Shown: positions 40,147 through 50,147 of the stretch, piece after piece
Layout: each line of letters opens with the position of its first letter
Position numbering within the stretch: position 1 is the first letter of the stretch
Origin: an uncultured Clostridia bacterium
GTDB taxonomy: Bacteria > Bacillota > Clostridia > Peptostreptococcales > Anaerovoracaceae
Reading direction: 5' to 3'
DNA: 64,000 bases
Assembly: GCA_927797855.1 (NCBI GenBank)
Contig: CAKMLH010000001.1
Location: forward strand, 19,044-83,043
Made by a program: the position numbers and the translations under genes
The notes under the pieces: generated by a model
Seen by the model: the letters and a program-made list of their open reading frames with translations, nothing else
The model's database searches: none
Told to the model about the DNA's origin: nothing

Positions 40147-41990
40147 TTAGTATCCCTCCCTCCTCTGAAGGAACCGAAGCCGTGATAGTCACAGCGCAGG
40201 CATCTTGAAGCTTCAAGCATTGCTTCTTCAAGGCTCATGCCCTGCTCAATTTCATCAAAGTCGTTTCCTCTCTGTTTTGCATATCTTTCTTTCATTTCAA
40301 CACGGCCGCAAGGCGGGTTGTCGTTAGGATCCGGGTTAGGAATATCAACATCAACTTCAATTTCGTGTTTAAATCCAAGGTAAGTATCTATGTTTGCCGC
40401 TGCAACTTTTCCGGCCGCTACAGCATTTATCACTGTTGAAGGACCGGTTACACAGTCTCCTCCCGCATAGATACCGCTTACCGTATCCACCACGCTGCTT
40501 CTTGCCGCTTTTATATTTCCCCTGAATACAGGAATCCCGAATTCTTCAAAGAATCTGATATCTGTCGCCTGCCCGATAGCGGAAATAATAATATCGCAAG
40601 GAATCTTCTGTTCCGGTTCCGATGAATCTATAGGCCGCGGTCTTCCGGATTCATCTGCCTGTCCTGCAAGCTGAGGTTTAACCCAGAGAGCTTTAACCTC
40701 ACCGTGCTTGTCTGTTTCTATTCTTGAAGGTGCCTTAAGCTGAATTAAATCACAGCCTTCAGCAATGGCTCCGCCTATTTCATCAGGTAAGGCAGTCATG
40801 TCGTCTCTTCTTCTTCTGTAGACAATGCTTACGTCGGTTGCTCCCAGTCTCTTGGCGGTTCTGGCCACGTCCATGGCTACATTGCCTCCGCCGATTACAA
40901 CTACAACCTTGCCGGCAAAATCAGGCATGGCATCGTCTCCTATGCCTCTGAGCATTTCAACTGCCGGGATTACTCCTTTGGCATATTCGCCCGGAATTCC
41001 TATGCTTTTGGCGTTATGGGAGCCTATGGATATGTAAATGGCATCATAGTTGTCTCTGACTTCCGCCATTGATTCAGGCGATGAAATGTCATAATTGCAT
41101 TTTGCTTCAACACCTGTGGAAAGAACCGCATCTATATCCCACTGAAGCCTTTCACGAGGCAGTCTGTAGTTAGGTATTCCGTAGCGAAGCATTCCGCCCA
41201 GCTGGGCTCTTTTTTCAAAAACCGTAACCTTATGGCCCATAATTGAAAGGAAATATGCAGCCGAAAGTCCTGAAGGTCCTCCGCCGATTACTGCAATCTT
41301 CTTTCCTGTATCATCCATTTTTTCTGGAACAGGCACATCACCGCAGTTATCTACTGCAAAGCGCTTAAGACCTCTTATATTTATAGGCGCGTCAATGAGA
41401 TTTCTTCTGCACCTGGTCTCGCACGGATGCTCGCATATAAGAGCACATACCGTCGGGAACGGATTATCCTTTCTTATGAGTTTCACTGCATCTTTGTACC
41501 TGCCTGCCTTGATGAGAGCAGTATATCCCGGCACATCAACACCTGCAGGGCAGGTGGCAACGCAAGGGACCGCCTGAATATTAGATCTTATATACTCAGC
41601 GCAGGTATGATACTTTACATGAGATTCAAAATCTTCCCTGAAGCCTCTTATGCCTCTTAACACCATATTGGCCGCTTCTGTGCCGATGGCGCAGTCGGCC
41701 ATGGCGCTTATTGCTTCTGCAGTTCTTTCCAGAAGCCGTATATCTTCCATATCATTTTCCTGGTCCATATCAAGAATCTTATCTATGATATGCTGAAGCT
41801 GACCAAGACCTACACGACAGGGTACACATTTTCCGCAGCTTTGCGAATGACAAACCCTTAGGAAAGAGGCAGTCAGATCCACAGGGCACTGCCCAGGGGG
41901 ACTGGCAATAATTCTTCTCTCGAGGTCTTTATAAAGACCCTCTACTGTCTTTTGAGCGGTATCGCGCGATTTAATGTATAATCTGTTCAC
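40140..41990 (-). CDS. NuoF-C-terminal [4Fe-4S] domain fused to a GltD-like NAD(P)H-dependent flavoprotein; putative hydrogenase partner
   Basis: 616 aa with a GTG start after AAAGGAGG. It contains SCGKCVPCRVG (NuoF N3-type cluster motif), CPAGVDVPGY...CEHPCETRC (GltD clusters) and two Rossmann motifs (IAVIGGGPSGL, VVVIGGGNVAMD). Its stop overlaps the hydA start by 7 nt. Confidence 0.85.
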   Translation of the reverse strand: MNRLYIKSRDTAQKTVEGLYKDLERRIIASPPGQCPVDLTASFLRVCHSQSCGKCVPCRVGLGQLQHIIDKILDMDQENDMEDIRLLERTAEAISAMADCAIGTEAANMVLRGIRGFREDFESHVKYHTCAEYIRSNIQAVPCVATCPAGVDVPGYTALIKAGRYKDAVKLIRKDNPFPTVCALICEHPCETRCRRNLIDAPINIRGLKRFAVDNCGDVPVPEKMDDTGKKIAVIGGGPSGLSAAYFLSIMGHKVTVFEKRAQLGGMLRYGIPNYRLPRERLQWDIDAVLSTGVEAKCNYDISSPESMAEVRDNYDAIYISIGSHNAKSIGIPGEYAKGVIPAVEMLRGIGDDAMPDFAGKVVVVIGGGNVAMDVARTAKRLGATDVSIVYRRRRDDMTALPDEIGGAIAEGCDLIQLKAPSRIETDKHGEVKALWVKPQLAGQADESGRPRPIDSSEPEQKIPCDIIISAIGQATDIRFFEEFGIPVFRGNIKAARSSVVDTVSGIYAGGDCVTGPSTVINAVAAGKVAAANIDTYLGFKHEIEVDVDIPNPDPNDNPPCGRVEMKERYAKQRGNDFDEIEQGMSLEEAMLEASRCLRCDYHGFGSFRGGRDTKW

Positions 41991-42051
41991 CGTTCTCCTC
42001 CTTTTTGATGTTATGTTAATAATAAAAAAACCATTTTATATGCCGACAGGT

Positions 42052-42987
42052 CTACAGGCTGTCTTTTTTAACCGGTACCGCCTCTGCAGGTGCAATAGGC
42101 TGCTTCTTGAGAAAACTGAAGTCTATTTCCATAATCAGAACACTTGCAACCATAAGAAACGCTCCGAAATATGACTTTAACGAGAGAATCTCATGTGCGA
42201 ATAATACGGCTACAACTGCAGCAAAGACAGGTTCCAGGGCAAAGATAACCCCCGTATGAGCTGCCGTAGTGTATTGCTGTGCAACAGGCTGTACAACGAA
42301 AGCAACGCCTGTACAGAATACTGCAAGAAAAATCACAGCTCCCCAAACGGTTGGAGTAGTAGGAAGATGCGGCTGCTCAATAAACATTGCCAGGATAAAA
42401 TTAAACAACCCCGTTACGCCCAACTGGAATACGCCAAGCTGATAAGCATCTACTTCATCATGAGAAACCGCCTTTTCTGTAAGCAGCAGATCTATAGCAT
42501 ATGCAAAAGCACACATGAGACAGAGAAGATCACCTTTCAGGTTGTTCATGTTAATTGAAAAATCGTCTTTAAGCGTTAAGAAAGCAATTCCGGCAAAGCA
42601 CATTAAAACAGAAATAACAACCTTTTTGTCCTGTTTCTGCTTTAAAACAAAGCGGCTGATTAAAGGTGTGAATACCACTGTCATAGCGCAGAGAAACCCT
42701 GAGTTTGAAAGAGATGTGTTCTTTACTCCGAAAGTTGCTCCTATGTATACAAAAACCAGTGCAATTCCTACAAGAAAACTGTACTTTAAGGTCGTCTTAT
42801 TGACATTCTTTATTTTTTTCCATGAAAGAAGCGCTACAATAAAAAATGCTCCTAAAAATCTGTGGGCATTAAGTGTAAAGGGATCCATATCTTCAAGACT
42901 AATGTCCATAAGATAATATGACACTCCCCAGCACAGTGTGACCAGTATGAGCATCAGATCCGCCCTCATCTGTTTGTTGTTTTTCAT
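42052..42987 (-). CDS. DMT-superfamily (EamA-type) transporter
   Basis: 311 aa with 10 predicted TM segments arranged as two EamA-like repeats. Confidence 0.75.
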   Translation of the reverse strand: MKNNKQMRADLMLILVTLCWGVSYYLMDISLEDMDPFTLNAHRFLGAFFIVALLSWKKIKNVNKTTLKYSFLVGIALVFVYIGATFGVKNTSLSNSGFLCAMTVVFTPLISRFVLKQKQDKKVVISVLMCFAGIAFLTLKDDFSINMNNLKGDLLCLMCAFAYAIDLLLTEKAVSHDEVDAYQLGVFQLGVTGLFNFILAMFIEQPHLPTTPTVWGAVIFLAVFCTGVAFVVQPVAQQYTTAAHTGVIFALEPVFAAVVAVLFAHEILSLKSYFGAFLMVASVLIMEIDFSFLKKQPIAPAEAVPVKKDSL

Positions 42988-42996
42988 TTTTTTATC

Positions 42997-44046
42997 TTAT
43001 ATCCTTCCCACCAGCAGCTCAAGAGCAAGGTTCTGTTCCAGCAAACCGGTTTTAATGTTTCTATCAGTTTCATATAGCTGTGAAAGTGTGTTTCTGAGTT
43101 TTTCAGCTGTAAATTTATCTGCAAACTGCATGGCTTTCTTTACTCTGAATTCGTTCATTTTAAGTTTAGAAGTTATGGCTGCGGCTCCCATTCCGTCTTC
43201 CTTGAACTCTTTAACCATAAGAATAAGCTCAAAATGATTTATCAGCAACCCAAGTATAGGAAAGACTTCACCGTTTGCTGTCAGAATATTGTGCAGCAGC
43301 TCAAAGGCGGCATCTTTTCTGTTGGTGCTTACAGCATCCAGAAAATTAAATACGAAGGTATCCATGTCTCCGTGGAGATTCAGAGATATGTCCTCTTCCG
43401 TAACTGCCTTTCCGCCTGTGTAGGCTATGATCTTTTTTATATCGTTTTCAAGGTTTAAGATCCTGTATTCTGTCTCTCTGTTGAAATACCCGCTCTCGTC
43501 AATGAGATACCGCAAAGCGCTGCGGCTTATGGGAACACCTGCTGCCTTAAACCGTTTTTCGGCAAAAGCCGTCAGCTGAGGATAGTCAAGTTTGTCAAAA
43601 AAATAAGTACTGCAGCTTTTTTTCAGTTCCCGGACTATTTCGCTTTTTGTTTCCGGTTCGGTGGCCGAGAAAATAAGGACAGCCTTCTGGTTAGGATCTT
43701 TAATGTACTCAGCAAGTCTTTCTTTTTCAGAGGAGCCGAAACCTTTGGGATTTGCCCATATTACAGGCGGATAATCCTTTACCCATATAACCCGTTTCTC
43801 AGAGAACATTGAAAATGTTCCCGCCGCTTCCAGAATATCCGATAGGCCTGAATCCTCTGAGAGCCTTATATAATCCAGATCACAAGCGGCAGGATTAATA
43901 AACCTCTCTACAATGCAATTTACTGCCCATTCCGTCAGATATTCCTCCGGTCCATACATAAAAATAACAGGGGAAATATCATCATTTTTTAAATCCCGAC
44001 TGAATGTCCTGAATGCATGCTCCTTTTTTTCGTAATTACCTGACAT
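42997..44046 (-). CDS. holA: DNA polymerase III subunit delta
   Basis: 349 aa with the PVIFMYGPEEYL N-terminal region. Its position downstream of comEC matches other Firmicutes. Confidence 0.85.
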   Translation of the reverse strand: MSGNYEKKEHAFRTFSRDLKNDDISPVIFMYGPEEYLTEWAVNCIVERFINPAACDLDYIRLSEDSGLSDILEAAGTFSMFSEKRVIWVKDYPPVIWANPKGFGSSEKERLAEYIKDPNQKAVLIFSATEPETKSEIVRELKKSCSTYFFDKLDYPQLTAFAEKRFKAAGVPISRSALRYLIDESGYFNRETEYRILNLENDIKKIIAYTGGKAVTEEDISLNLHGDMDTFVFNFLDAVSTNRKDAAFELLHNILTANGEVFPILGLLINHFELILMVKEFKEDGMGAAAITSKLKMNEFRVKKAMQFADKFTAEKLRNTLSQLYETDRNIKTGLLEQNLALELLVGRI

Positions 44047-44066
44047 ATGATTTTCCCTGCTTTATA

Positions 44067-46175
44067 TTAATTACCCATCATTGTATGACAACGGATTCCC
44101 TCTTTTTCAAAAGAAAAACCCACTGCCCCATTGTAATCGGTTCTGTATACCATTATACCTTTTTTTGTACATTTTTCAATGATTTTAGGTGAAGGATGGC
44201 CAAAATTATTTTTCCCCGTCTGAATAACTGCAGCGCGCGGATTCACTGCGTCGAGAAATTCATCTGAAGTACTGGTTGAGCTGCCGTGATGACCGATTTT
44301 AAGCACATGCGCGCTGAGTTTATCCGTCCCTTTATATTTTTCAATTAACTTCCTTTCGCCTTCCTCGTCAAGGTCTCCGGTTATGAGAATTTTATATCCT
44401 TTGCAGTAAACCATAAAAACTGAACACATACTGTTTTCATCCTGGCCCTTCTCATCAGGTATGTATTCAGGCCAGATTGCTTCAATTAATACTTCCCTGC
44501 CGATTTTTATCTCCGTTCCGGCTGTCACTCCCGTCATAAGTTTTTTAACCTTAAAACATCGGGAAAGCTCTTCAAGGCCTTTTAAATGATCCATATGTTC
44601 ATGAGTTGCAACAGCAAGGTCTACACTGGCTGTGCCGTTTTTCAGAAGGTATGGCTTAAGAGTCTTCCTTCCCGTATTATAATTGATGCTGCCGCCTCCG
44701 TCTATAAGTACATTCTTTCTTCCGTCCCTTATATGAACACAGTCTCCCTGCCCCACATCGGCAAAAACCATATCATCGTATGTGATGGGAGAGTAACATA
44801 AAGTATGAAAAATCAAGGTTACAGCAGCAATGCCTCCCATAATCCTCATATTTTTTTTGCGGTTTCCCCTTGACTTCATTATTTCATACGCTTCAGAAGA
44901 GAAGAAAAAAATTAAAATACTTATTCCTAATACAGCCCAAAGGGGCGGCGAAGGAACTTCAATGCCGCCTTTTCCGTCAAGAGAAGTAAGATTATTTACA
45001 TAAAGAATAAGTTTACCCATTGCATCTGTGGCTCCCACAAGAAATCCGGCCTCCTGCAGCAGTGAAAAAGCTATAAAGGCAGCGGCGGCAAGAGGAACAA
45101 AATATCCTGCAAGAAAAACCACAGGGATATTGGCCAGTAAAGCTGTAAAAGAAATATAATTAAAATTGTATATCTGATAGGGAAGCAGCCCCAAATAAGC
45201 GGCTGCTGTAACAGCTGCTGCTTCAGGCACTCTGACGGGAATTAAGGGTTTTATAAAGGCTATAGATGAAATGGCAAGAAATGACATCTGAAAGCCTGCG
45301 CCGAAAATCACATACGGATTTAATCCTATCAGAATGAGACCTACGGCGCTCATTGAAGTGAGCATGTCATATCTTAGATCTTTAAATACGGCCGTAATGC
45401 TCATGGCTGTCATCAGCACCGCCCTGGTAACTGACGGACTCCAGCAGGACAGTTCACCATATGTAAAAAGTACAATTGCAAGTGCTATAAGAGCCGGTAC
45501 ATTTTTTCTTTTCCCGGCAATTTTTTTATATATTCCGTATATTATTCCAATGTGAAGGCCGCTGACTGCGAGAATATGTGCAGTCCCGTTCTTCCGGAAT
45601 TCTTCATATGAATCTTCATCCAGAAAAGATGTATCCCCGAAAAGCACACCCATTACAAGGCCCTTTGTCTCTGAAGGAAGCCCGTTACTGAAGAGAATTT
45701 TTTTCCTTAAAAGCTCTCTCCCATATCTATCCTTAAAGGTTAAAGCTCCTTCCTCAGGCTGAAAGTTTTTTATCTGTGAAACAGCCCCTATTCCCCTGCT
45801 TTTCAGGTATTTTCTGTAGTCAAAGCAGTGAGGATTGCGCTGTCCCTTGGGATAATCAAGCTGAGTTCTGAAACTAATTCTGCTGTTTAAAATCTCCCAT
45901 GGCTTTTCAGGCTTTTCGTAAAGAGTCAGCAGCACATTTTCCCTTGAGCTGATTTTGCGGCCGTCAGCTTTATCAATTCTCACCTCAAGGTCAAGTCTGT
46001 CATCCTTTTCCCCTATTCTTATCACCTTTCCGGAAAAATCATGGACTTCGCCAACAAGACTGCCGTCAATGCCCTTGGAAAGAGGCACTCCGGCGAAATC
46101 AAGAAAATACAGAAGTGCCAGCAGCACAGTAAAATAATAAAAACATTTTCGCCTCATAATATCTCTCCTCGTCAT
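44067..46175 (-). CDS. comEC: DNA internalisation-related competence protein ComEC/Rec2
   Basis: 702 aa with a central polytopic competence domain (AHILAVSGLHIG) and a C-terminal metallo-beta-lactamase domain (THEHMDH, GHHGS). Confidence 0.9.
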   Translation of the reverse strand: MTRRDIMRRKCFYYFTVLLALLYFLDFAGVPLSKGIDGSLVGEVHDFSGKVIRIGEKDDRLDLEVRIDKADGRKISSRENVLLTLYEKPEKPWEILNSRISFRTQLDYPKGQRNPHCFDYRKYLKSRGIGAVSQIKNFQPEEGALTFKDRYGRELLRKKILFSNGLPSETKGLVMGVLFGDTSFLDEDSYEEFRKNGTAHILAVSGLHIGIIYGIYKKIAGKRKNVPALIALAIVLFTYGELSCWSPSVTRAVLMTAMSITAVFKDLRYDMLTSMSAVGLILIGLNPYVIFGAGFQMSFLAISSIAFIKPLIPVRVPEAAAVTAAAYLGLLPYQIYNFNYISFTALLANIPVVFLAGYFVPLAAAAFIAFSLLQEAGFLVGATDAMGKLILYVNNLTSLDGKGGIEVPSPPLWAVLGISILIFFFSSEAYEIMKSRGNRKKNMRIMGGIAAVTLIFHTLCYSPITYDDMVFADVGQGDCVHIRDGRKNVLIDGGGSINYNTGRKTLKPYLLKNGTASVDLAVATHEHMDHLKGLEELSRCFKVKKLMTGVTAGTEIKIGREVLIEAIWPEYIPDEKGQDENSMCSVFMVYCKGYKILITGDLDEEGERKLIEKYKGTDKLSAHVLKIGHHGSSTSTSDEFLDAVNPRAAVIQTGKNNFGHPSPKIIEKCTKKGIMVYRTDYNGAVGFSFEKEGIRCHTMMGN

Positions 46176-46236
46176 TTACTTATAAGATACACGAGGCGCT
46201 TAAATCGTTCTTACATTATATTACATTACAAAGTGT

Positions 46237-46265
46237 TTGGCAAGGGAGAAAGATTATGATATACT
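46237..46265 (+). promoter_or_regulatory. sigma-A promoter for the PBP1A gene
   Basis: TTGGCA (46237-46242), a 17-nt spacer and TATACT (46260-46265). Confidence 0.55.
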
Positions 46266-46308
46266 ATAAATTGAGTTTTTATGTTTTCATACCTACAACA
46301 GAAAGCGG

Positions 46309-49300
46309 GTGATTAATTTGAGTAATTATGATGATTATAATTCAACAAATGAAAACAATTCAGATACAGAGCAGCATAGATCAAGACGTGCAAAGAAGCA
46401 GCGCGAAGAGGAACTGGCAAGGGCTCGCCAGCAAAATGCCAGAACTCAGAGAAGCGAAGAGAATCACAGGGGGCATGGCAGCCATATTAAAGCTTCCGAC
46501 GCCGCAGAAACTGCCGTCGCTGCGAAGAAGTACAAGCTTAATAAAAAGCAGTTTTTAAAGTTTGTTATATGTGTGATTCTGGCAATTGCTCTTCTTACTG
46601 TGGGCTACGCCGCTGCAGTTATAATAAGCGCTCCTAAAATACAGACCGACAACATCTACAGCATGCTGTCCCAGAGTTCTGTTCTCTATGACGATGAAGG
46701 AGAGATTATCGACAGCGTATCCAGCAGCGAAAAGCGTACTATTGTTGAAATAAATCAGATCCCCGATCATGTGCAGAAGGCTTTTATTGCCCTTGAAGAC
46801 AAGACCTTTGAGAAGCATCACGGATTTAATATTATAAGGATTTTCGGTGCTATCAAGGATGCCGTATTTCATGGTGGGGGCATAAGCGGTACGAGTACTA
46901 TTACTCAGCAGCTTGCAAGAAACCTGTACATGGATCCTAACGAAAGATACAGCAGAAGTATCGGCAGAAAGATAAGAGAAGCATATTACGCAGTTATTCT
47001 TGAAAGCAAGCTTAGCAAGGATGAAATTCTCGAGGCATACCTTAACACCATTTCTTTCGGATGCGGCAACGGCGTTCAGACAGCTGCACAGGCTTACTTT
47101 TCCAAGGATATTGAAGATGTGACCATTGCAGAGGCAGCAGCTCTTGCTTCAATGCCTCAGGCTCCTACGGCCTTCGCTCTGGTCTATTCCGTTTCTTCTT
47201 CCGAAGTTACGGAAGATACCCCTAATCTTATAGTGAAGAACGGAGATACAGCTTATCTGTGGAATGATGCAGCATCAGACAGAATGAAGACCTGCCTTAA
47301 ACTCATGTATGAACAGGGATATATCACGGAAGCAGAATACAATGAGGCAAAAACCGTAGAAATCAAGGATATGGTAAACCCGAACTTGGAGACTCTCAAC
47401 TCCGTTTCCAATTATTTTGCAGACTATGTTATCAAGACAGTAATTGAGGATCTTCAGGAAGAATACGGTTATGACTATGACAGAGCCAGCGAAATGGTAT
47501 ATAACGGCGGACTTCAGATATATACCACTATGGATTCCCAGGCTCAGTCCGTTGTTGAACAGGAATTTAAAAAAGACAGCAATTTCCCTCAGCCTATAGG
47601 ATATTCTATAGATAAAAACGGAAATATTAAAAATCCTAACGGTGGAGTGCTCCTTTATGCATATTCAAATTACATTGAAAGTGACGGCACCTTTAAGCTC
47701 AGAAAGAATGAATACAAGAAGAATGAAGACGGTTCACTTACAATTTATAAAGGCAAGCGTCTTCTCATATACAATACAACTGTAGAGGGAAAGACCGACT
47801 ACAGCGTGGAATTCAAGGATATGTTCACAATTGAGGACGGAAAATTCTATTCTATTCCAGGCGGATATCTAAATATACCTCAGCAATATAAGACAAGGGA
47901 TTCAGAGGATAATCTGGTTATATCGGCTCAGTTCTTTAAGGACTATCCGGAGTTTTTCACAGAGGACGGCGATAAACTTTCCACCAAGGACTTCTCCCTT
48001 AAGCAGAAAGTTATCCAGCCTCAGTCAGCCATGACAATAGTGGACAACAAAACCGGGGCTATCAAGGCAATGATCGGCGGACGAAAAACAGAAGGAAGAA
48101 TGCTTTTTAACAGAGCTACCTCTGCCCGTCAGCCGGGTTCTTCAATTAAGCCTCTTGCCGTTTATTCTTCTGCTCTCCAGCTGAGCTATGATCTTTCACA
48201 GGACGGCAAGAAATTTACCGCTGTAGATAACGGCTTTGATAAGCAGGGAGCAAACCTTTGGGGAGATTATCTCACCACTGCTTCCATTGTGGATGACGAG
48301 CCCACAAAGATAAACGGAAAGACATGGCCGGTAAACTCCTACCGCTCATATAGAGGTCTCTATACATTCAGAACGGCTCTGCAGCAGTCTGTAAATGTCT
48401 GCGCAGTTAAGATTCTGTCTCAGGTAGGTGTTGACTATGCCTATGACATAGCAGAGAAATTCGGACTTACGACACTGGTTAAAGAAGGCGACAGCAACGA
48501 TATGAACCTGGCAGCCCTGGGTATGGGCGGAATGACAAAGGGTGTCTCCACACTTGAAATGGCCAGTGCCTACTCCACTTTCGTAAACGATGGCGTGCAC
48601 AAAAGTTATTCGTGCTATACCAAGGTTACCAACAGAAACGGAGATGTAATCTTAGAACCGACAGTTACAGAAACCAAAGTACTTGATTCAGGCGTAGCAT
48701 GGATTATGAGAGATGTTCTTCAGACTGTTGTAAGTGAAGGTATCGGTTCATATGCAAGAGTTTCCGGTGAAAAAGTCGGCGGCAAAACAGGTACGACATC
48801 CGACAGCTATGATATTTGGTTCGACGGATTCTCTGCCAATTACTCAGCCTCAATCTGGATCGGAAACGACGTAAACATTAAACTTTCGTCCATGTCCCCT
48901 ATGGCAGCCAGTCTTTGGGGCAGGATTATGGGTCAGATTGACGGAGCCAAGGGAGGAACATATTCCAATCGTCCGTCCAATGTAGTAACGGCTAAAATCG
49001 ATACAAAGAGCGGACTTCTGGCTACAGATGCAAGCACAAATACACGTACAGAATACTTTACTTCCGGTACACAGCCGACAGAAGCAGGCACCCTCAATCA
49101 GTCTGCACAGATATGTGCTGATTCCGGATATCTGGCTACTCCGTCATGCAGTCATGTTAAAACAAGAACAGGTGTCATGAGACCGTATATTCCGAGCAAA
49201 AGCGTTGGAGATTATGGTAAAGAACTTCCTCACTACTACTGTAATCTTCATAATCCAAACCCGGATGTCTATCCTACGGCTCCCGGCAAAAAAGTTACAA

Positions 49301-49425
49301 TTGTCGAGGAACCTATAGTGGAACCTGATGAGCCTGAAGAACCTGATGACACGGATAACCCATACGAACCTGATGATGCTGACAATCCCGAAAACTCAGG
49401 CGATAACAGCCAAGGTCAGGATTAG
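46309..49425 (+). CDS. bifunctional class A penicillin-binding protein (glycosyltransferase/transpeptidase), long form
   Basis: 1038 aa with a GTG start. It has GT51 motifs (ALEDKTFEKHHGF, GTSTITQQLARN) and transpeptidase motifs (SSIKP, KTGTT). The N-terminal cytoplasmic tail is basic and the C-terminal tail is an acidic Pro/Asp/Glu repeat. Confidence 0.92.
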   Translation: MINLSNYDDYNSTNENNSDTEQHRSRRAKKQREEELARARQQNARTQRSEENHRGHGSHIKASDAAETAVAAKKYKLNKKQFLKFVICVILAIALLTVGYAAAVIISAPKIQTDNIYSMLSQSSVLYDDEGEIIDSVSSSEKRTIVEINQIPDHVQKAFIALEDKTFEKHHGFNIIRIFGAIKDAVFHGGGISGTSTITQQLARNLYMDPNERYSRSIGRKIREAYYAVILESKLSKDEILEAYLNTISFGCGNGVQTAAQAYFSKDIEDVTIAEAAALASMPQAPTAFALVYSVSSSEVTEDTPNLIVKNGDTAYLWNDAASDRMKTCLKLMYEQGYITEAEYNEAKTVEIKDMVNPNLETLNSVSNYFADYVIKTVIEDLQEEYGYDYDRASEMVYNGGLQIYTTMDSQAQSVVEQEFKKDSNFPQPIGYSIDKNGNIKNPNGGVLLYAYSNYIESDGTFKLRKNEYKKNEDGSLTIYKGKRLLIYNTTVEGKTDYSVEFKDMFTIEDGKFYSIPGGYLNIPQQYKTRDSEDNLVISAQFFKDYPEFFTEDGDKLSTKDFSLKQKVIQPQSAMTIVDNKTGAIKAMIGGRKTEGRMLFNRATSARQPGSSIKPLAVYSSALQLSYDLSQDGKKFTAVDNGFDKQGANLWGDYLTTASIVDDEPTKINGKTWPVNSYRSYRGLYTFRTALQQSVNVCAVKILSQVGVDYAYDIAEKFGLTTLVKEGDSNDMNLAALGMGGMTKGVSTLEMASAYSTFVNDGVHKSYSCYTKVTNRNGDVILEPTVTETKVLDSGVAWIMRDVLQTVVSEGIGSYARVSGEKVGGKTGTTSDSYDIWFDGFSANYSASIWIGNDVNIKLSSMSPMAASLWGRIMGQIDGAKGGTYSNRPSNVVTAKIDTKSGLLATDASTNTRTEYFTSGTQPTEAGTLNQSAQICADSGYLATPSCSHVKTRTGVMRPYIPSKSVGDYGKELPHYYCNLHNPNPDVYPTAPGKKVTIVEEPIVEPDEPEEPDDTDNPYEPDDADNPENSGDNSQGQD

Positions 49426-49442
49426 TTATTATCTGCTTTTTA

Positions 49443-49475
49443 AAACCCTGAGGCATTGCAATGCTCTCAGGGTTT
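49443..49475. terminator. long hairpin terminator shared by the PBP1A gene and rpe (convergent)
   Basis: AAACCCTGAG pairs with CTCAGGGTTT, enclosing the GCATTGCAATGC palindrome. Both sides are T-rich. Confidence 0.65.
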
Positions 49476-49486
49476 CTCTTTGATTT

Positions 49487-50134
49487 CTATAACCTTTTAA
49501 ATTCTCTCACACGCTCCGTTATATCTTCAGCCTTAAACACGGCTGAACCTGCAACAGCGATTTCAACTCCGGCATCCACCACTTCTTTTATGTTCTCCAG
49601 AGTGATTCCGCCATCTATTTCTATTGCAAAGCCGAGATTTTGGGCTTTCTTTATTTCCGCAAGCTTTCTGACCTTTTCCAGCGCACCGGGTATAAATTTC
49701 TGCCCTCCGAATCCCGGATTAACAGACATAATCAGCACCAGATCCACATCAGGCAGGATGCATTCCAGTGTGGAGACAGGTGTTGCAGGGTTTATGGAAA
49801 CTCCGGCTTTTATACCCATGGACTTTATGTTTTGGACAGTCCTGTGAAGGTGTACGCAGGCTTCCTGATGAACAGTTATATACTCTGTCTTATCAGTAAC
49901 AAAATCTTCGATGTATCTGTCAGGATTTTCTATCATCAAATGCACATCGTACGGAAGATTCGTCTTGCCGTTCAGGCACTTCATTACCGGCGCTCCGAAG
50001 CTGATATTCGGTACGAAATGGCCGTCCATAACATCTACATGGATGTAATCGGCTCCCCCTTCTTCTATTTTTTTAACGTCTTCTGCCAGATGGCCGAAAT
50101 CAGCTGACAGAATGGATGGTGCCAGTTTGAGCAT
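49487..50134 (-). CDS. rpe: ribulose-phosphate 3-epimerase
   Basis: 215 aa with APSILSADF, HVDVMDGHFVPN, MSVNPGFGGQ and DGGI. Confidence 0.95.
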   Translation of the reverse strand: MLKLAPSILSADFGHLAEDVKKIEEGGADYIHVDVMDGHFVPNISFGAPVMKCLNGKTNLPYDVHLMIENPDRYIEDFVTDKTEYITVHQEACVHLHRTVQNIKSMGIKAGVSINPATPVSTLECILPDVDLVLIMSVNPGFGGQKFIPGALEKVRKLAEIKKAQNLGFAIEIDGGITLENIKEVVDAGVEIAVAGSAVFKAEDITERVREFKRL

Positions 50135-50147
50135 TGCTTTTCTCCTC

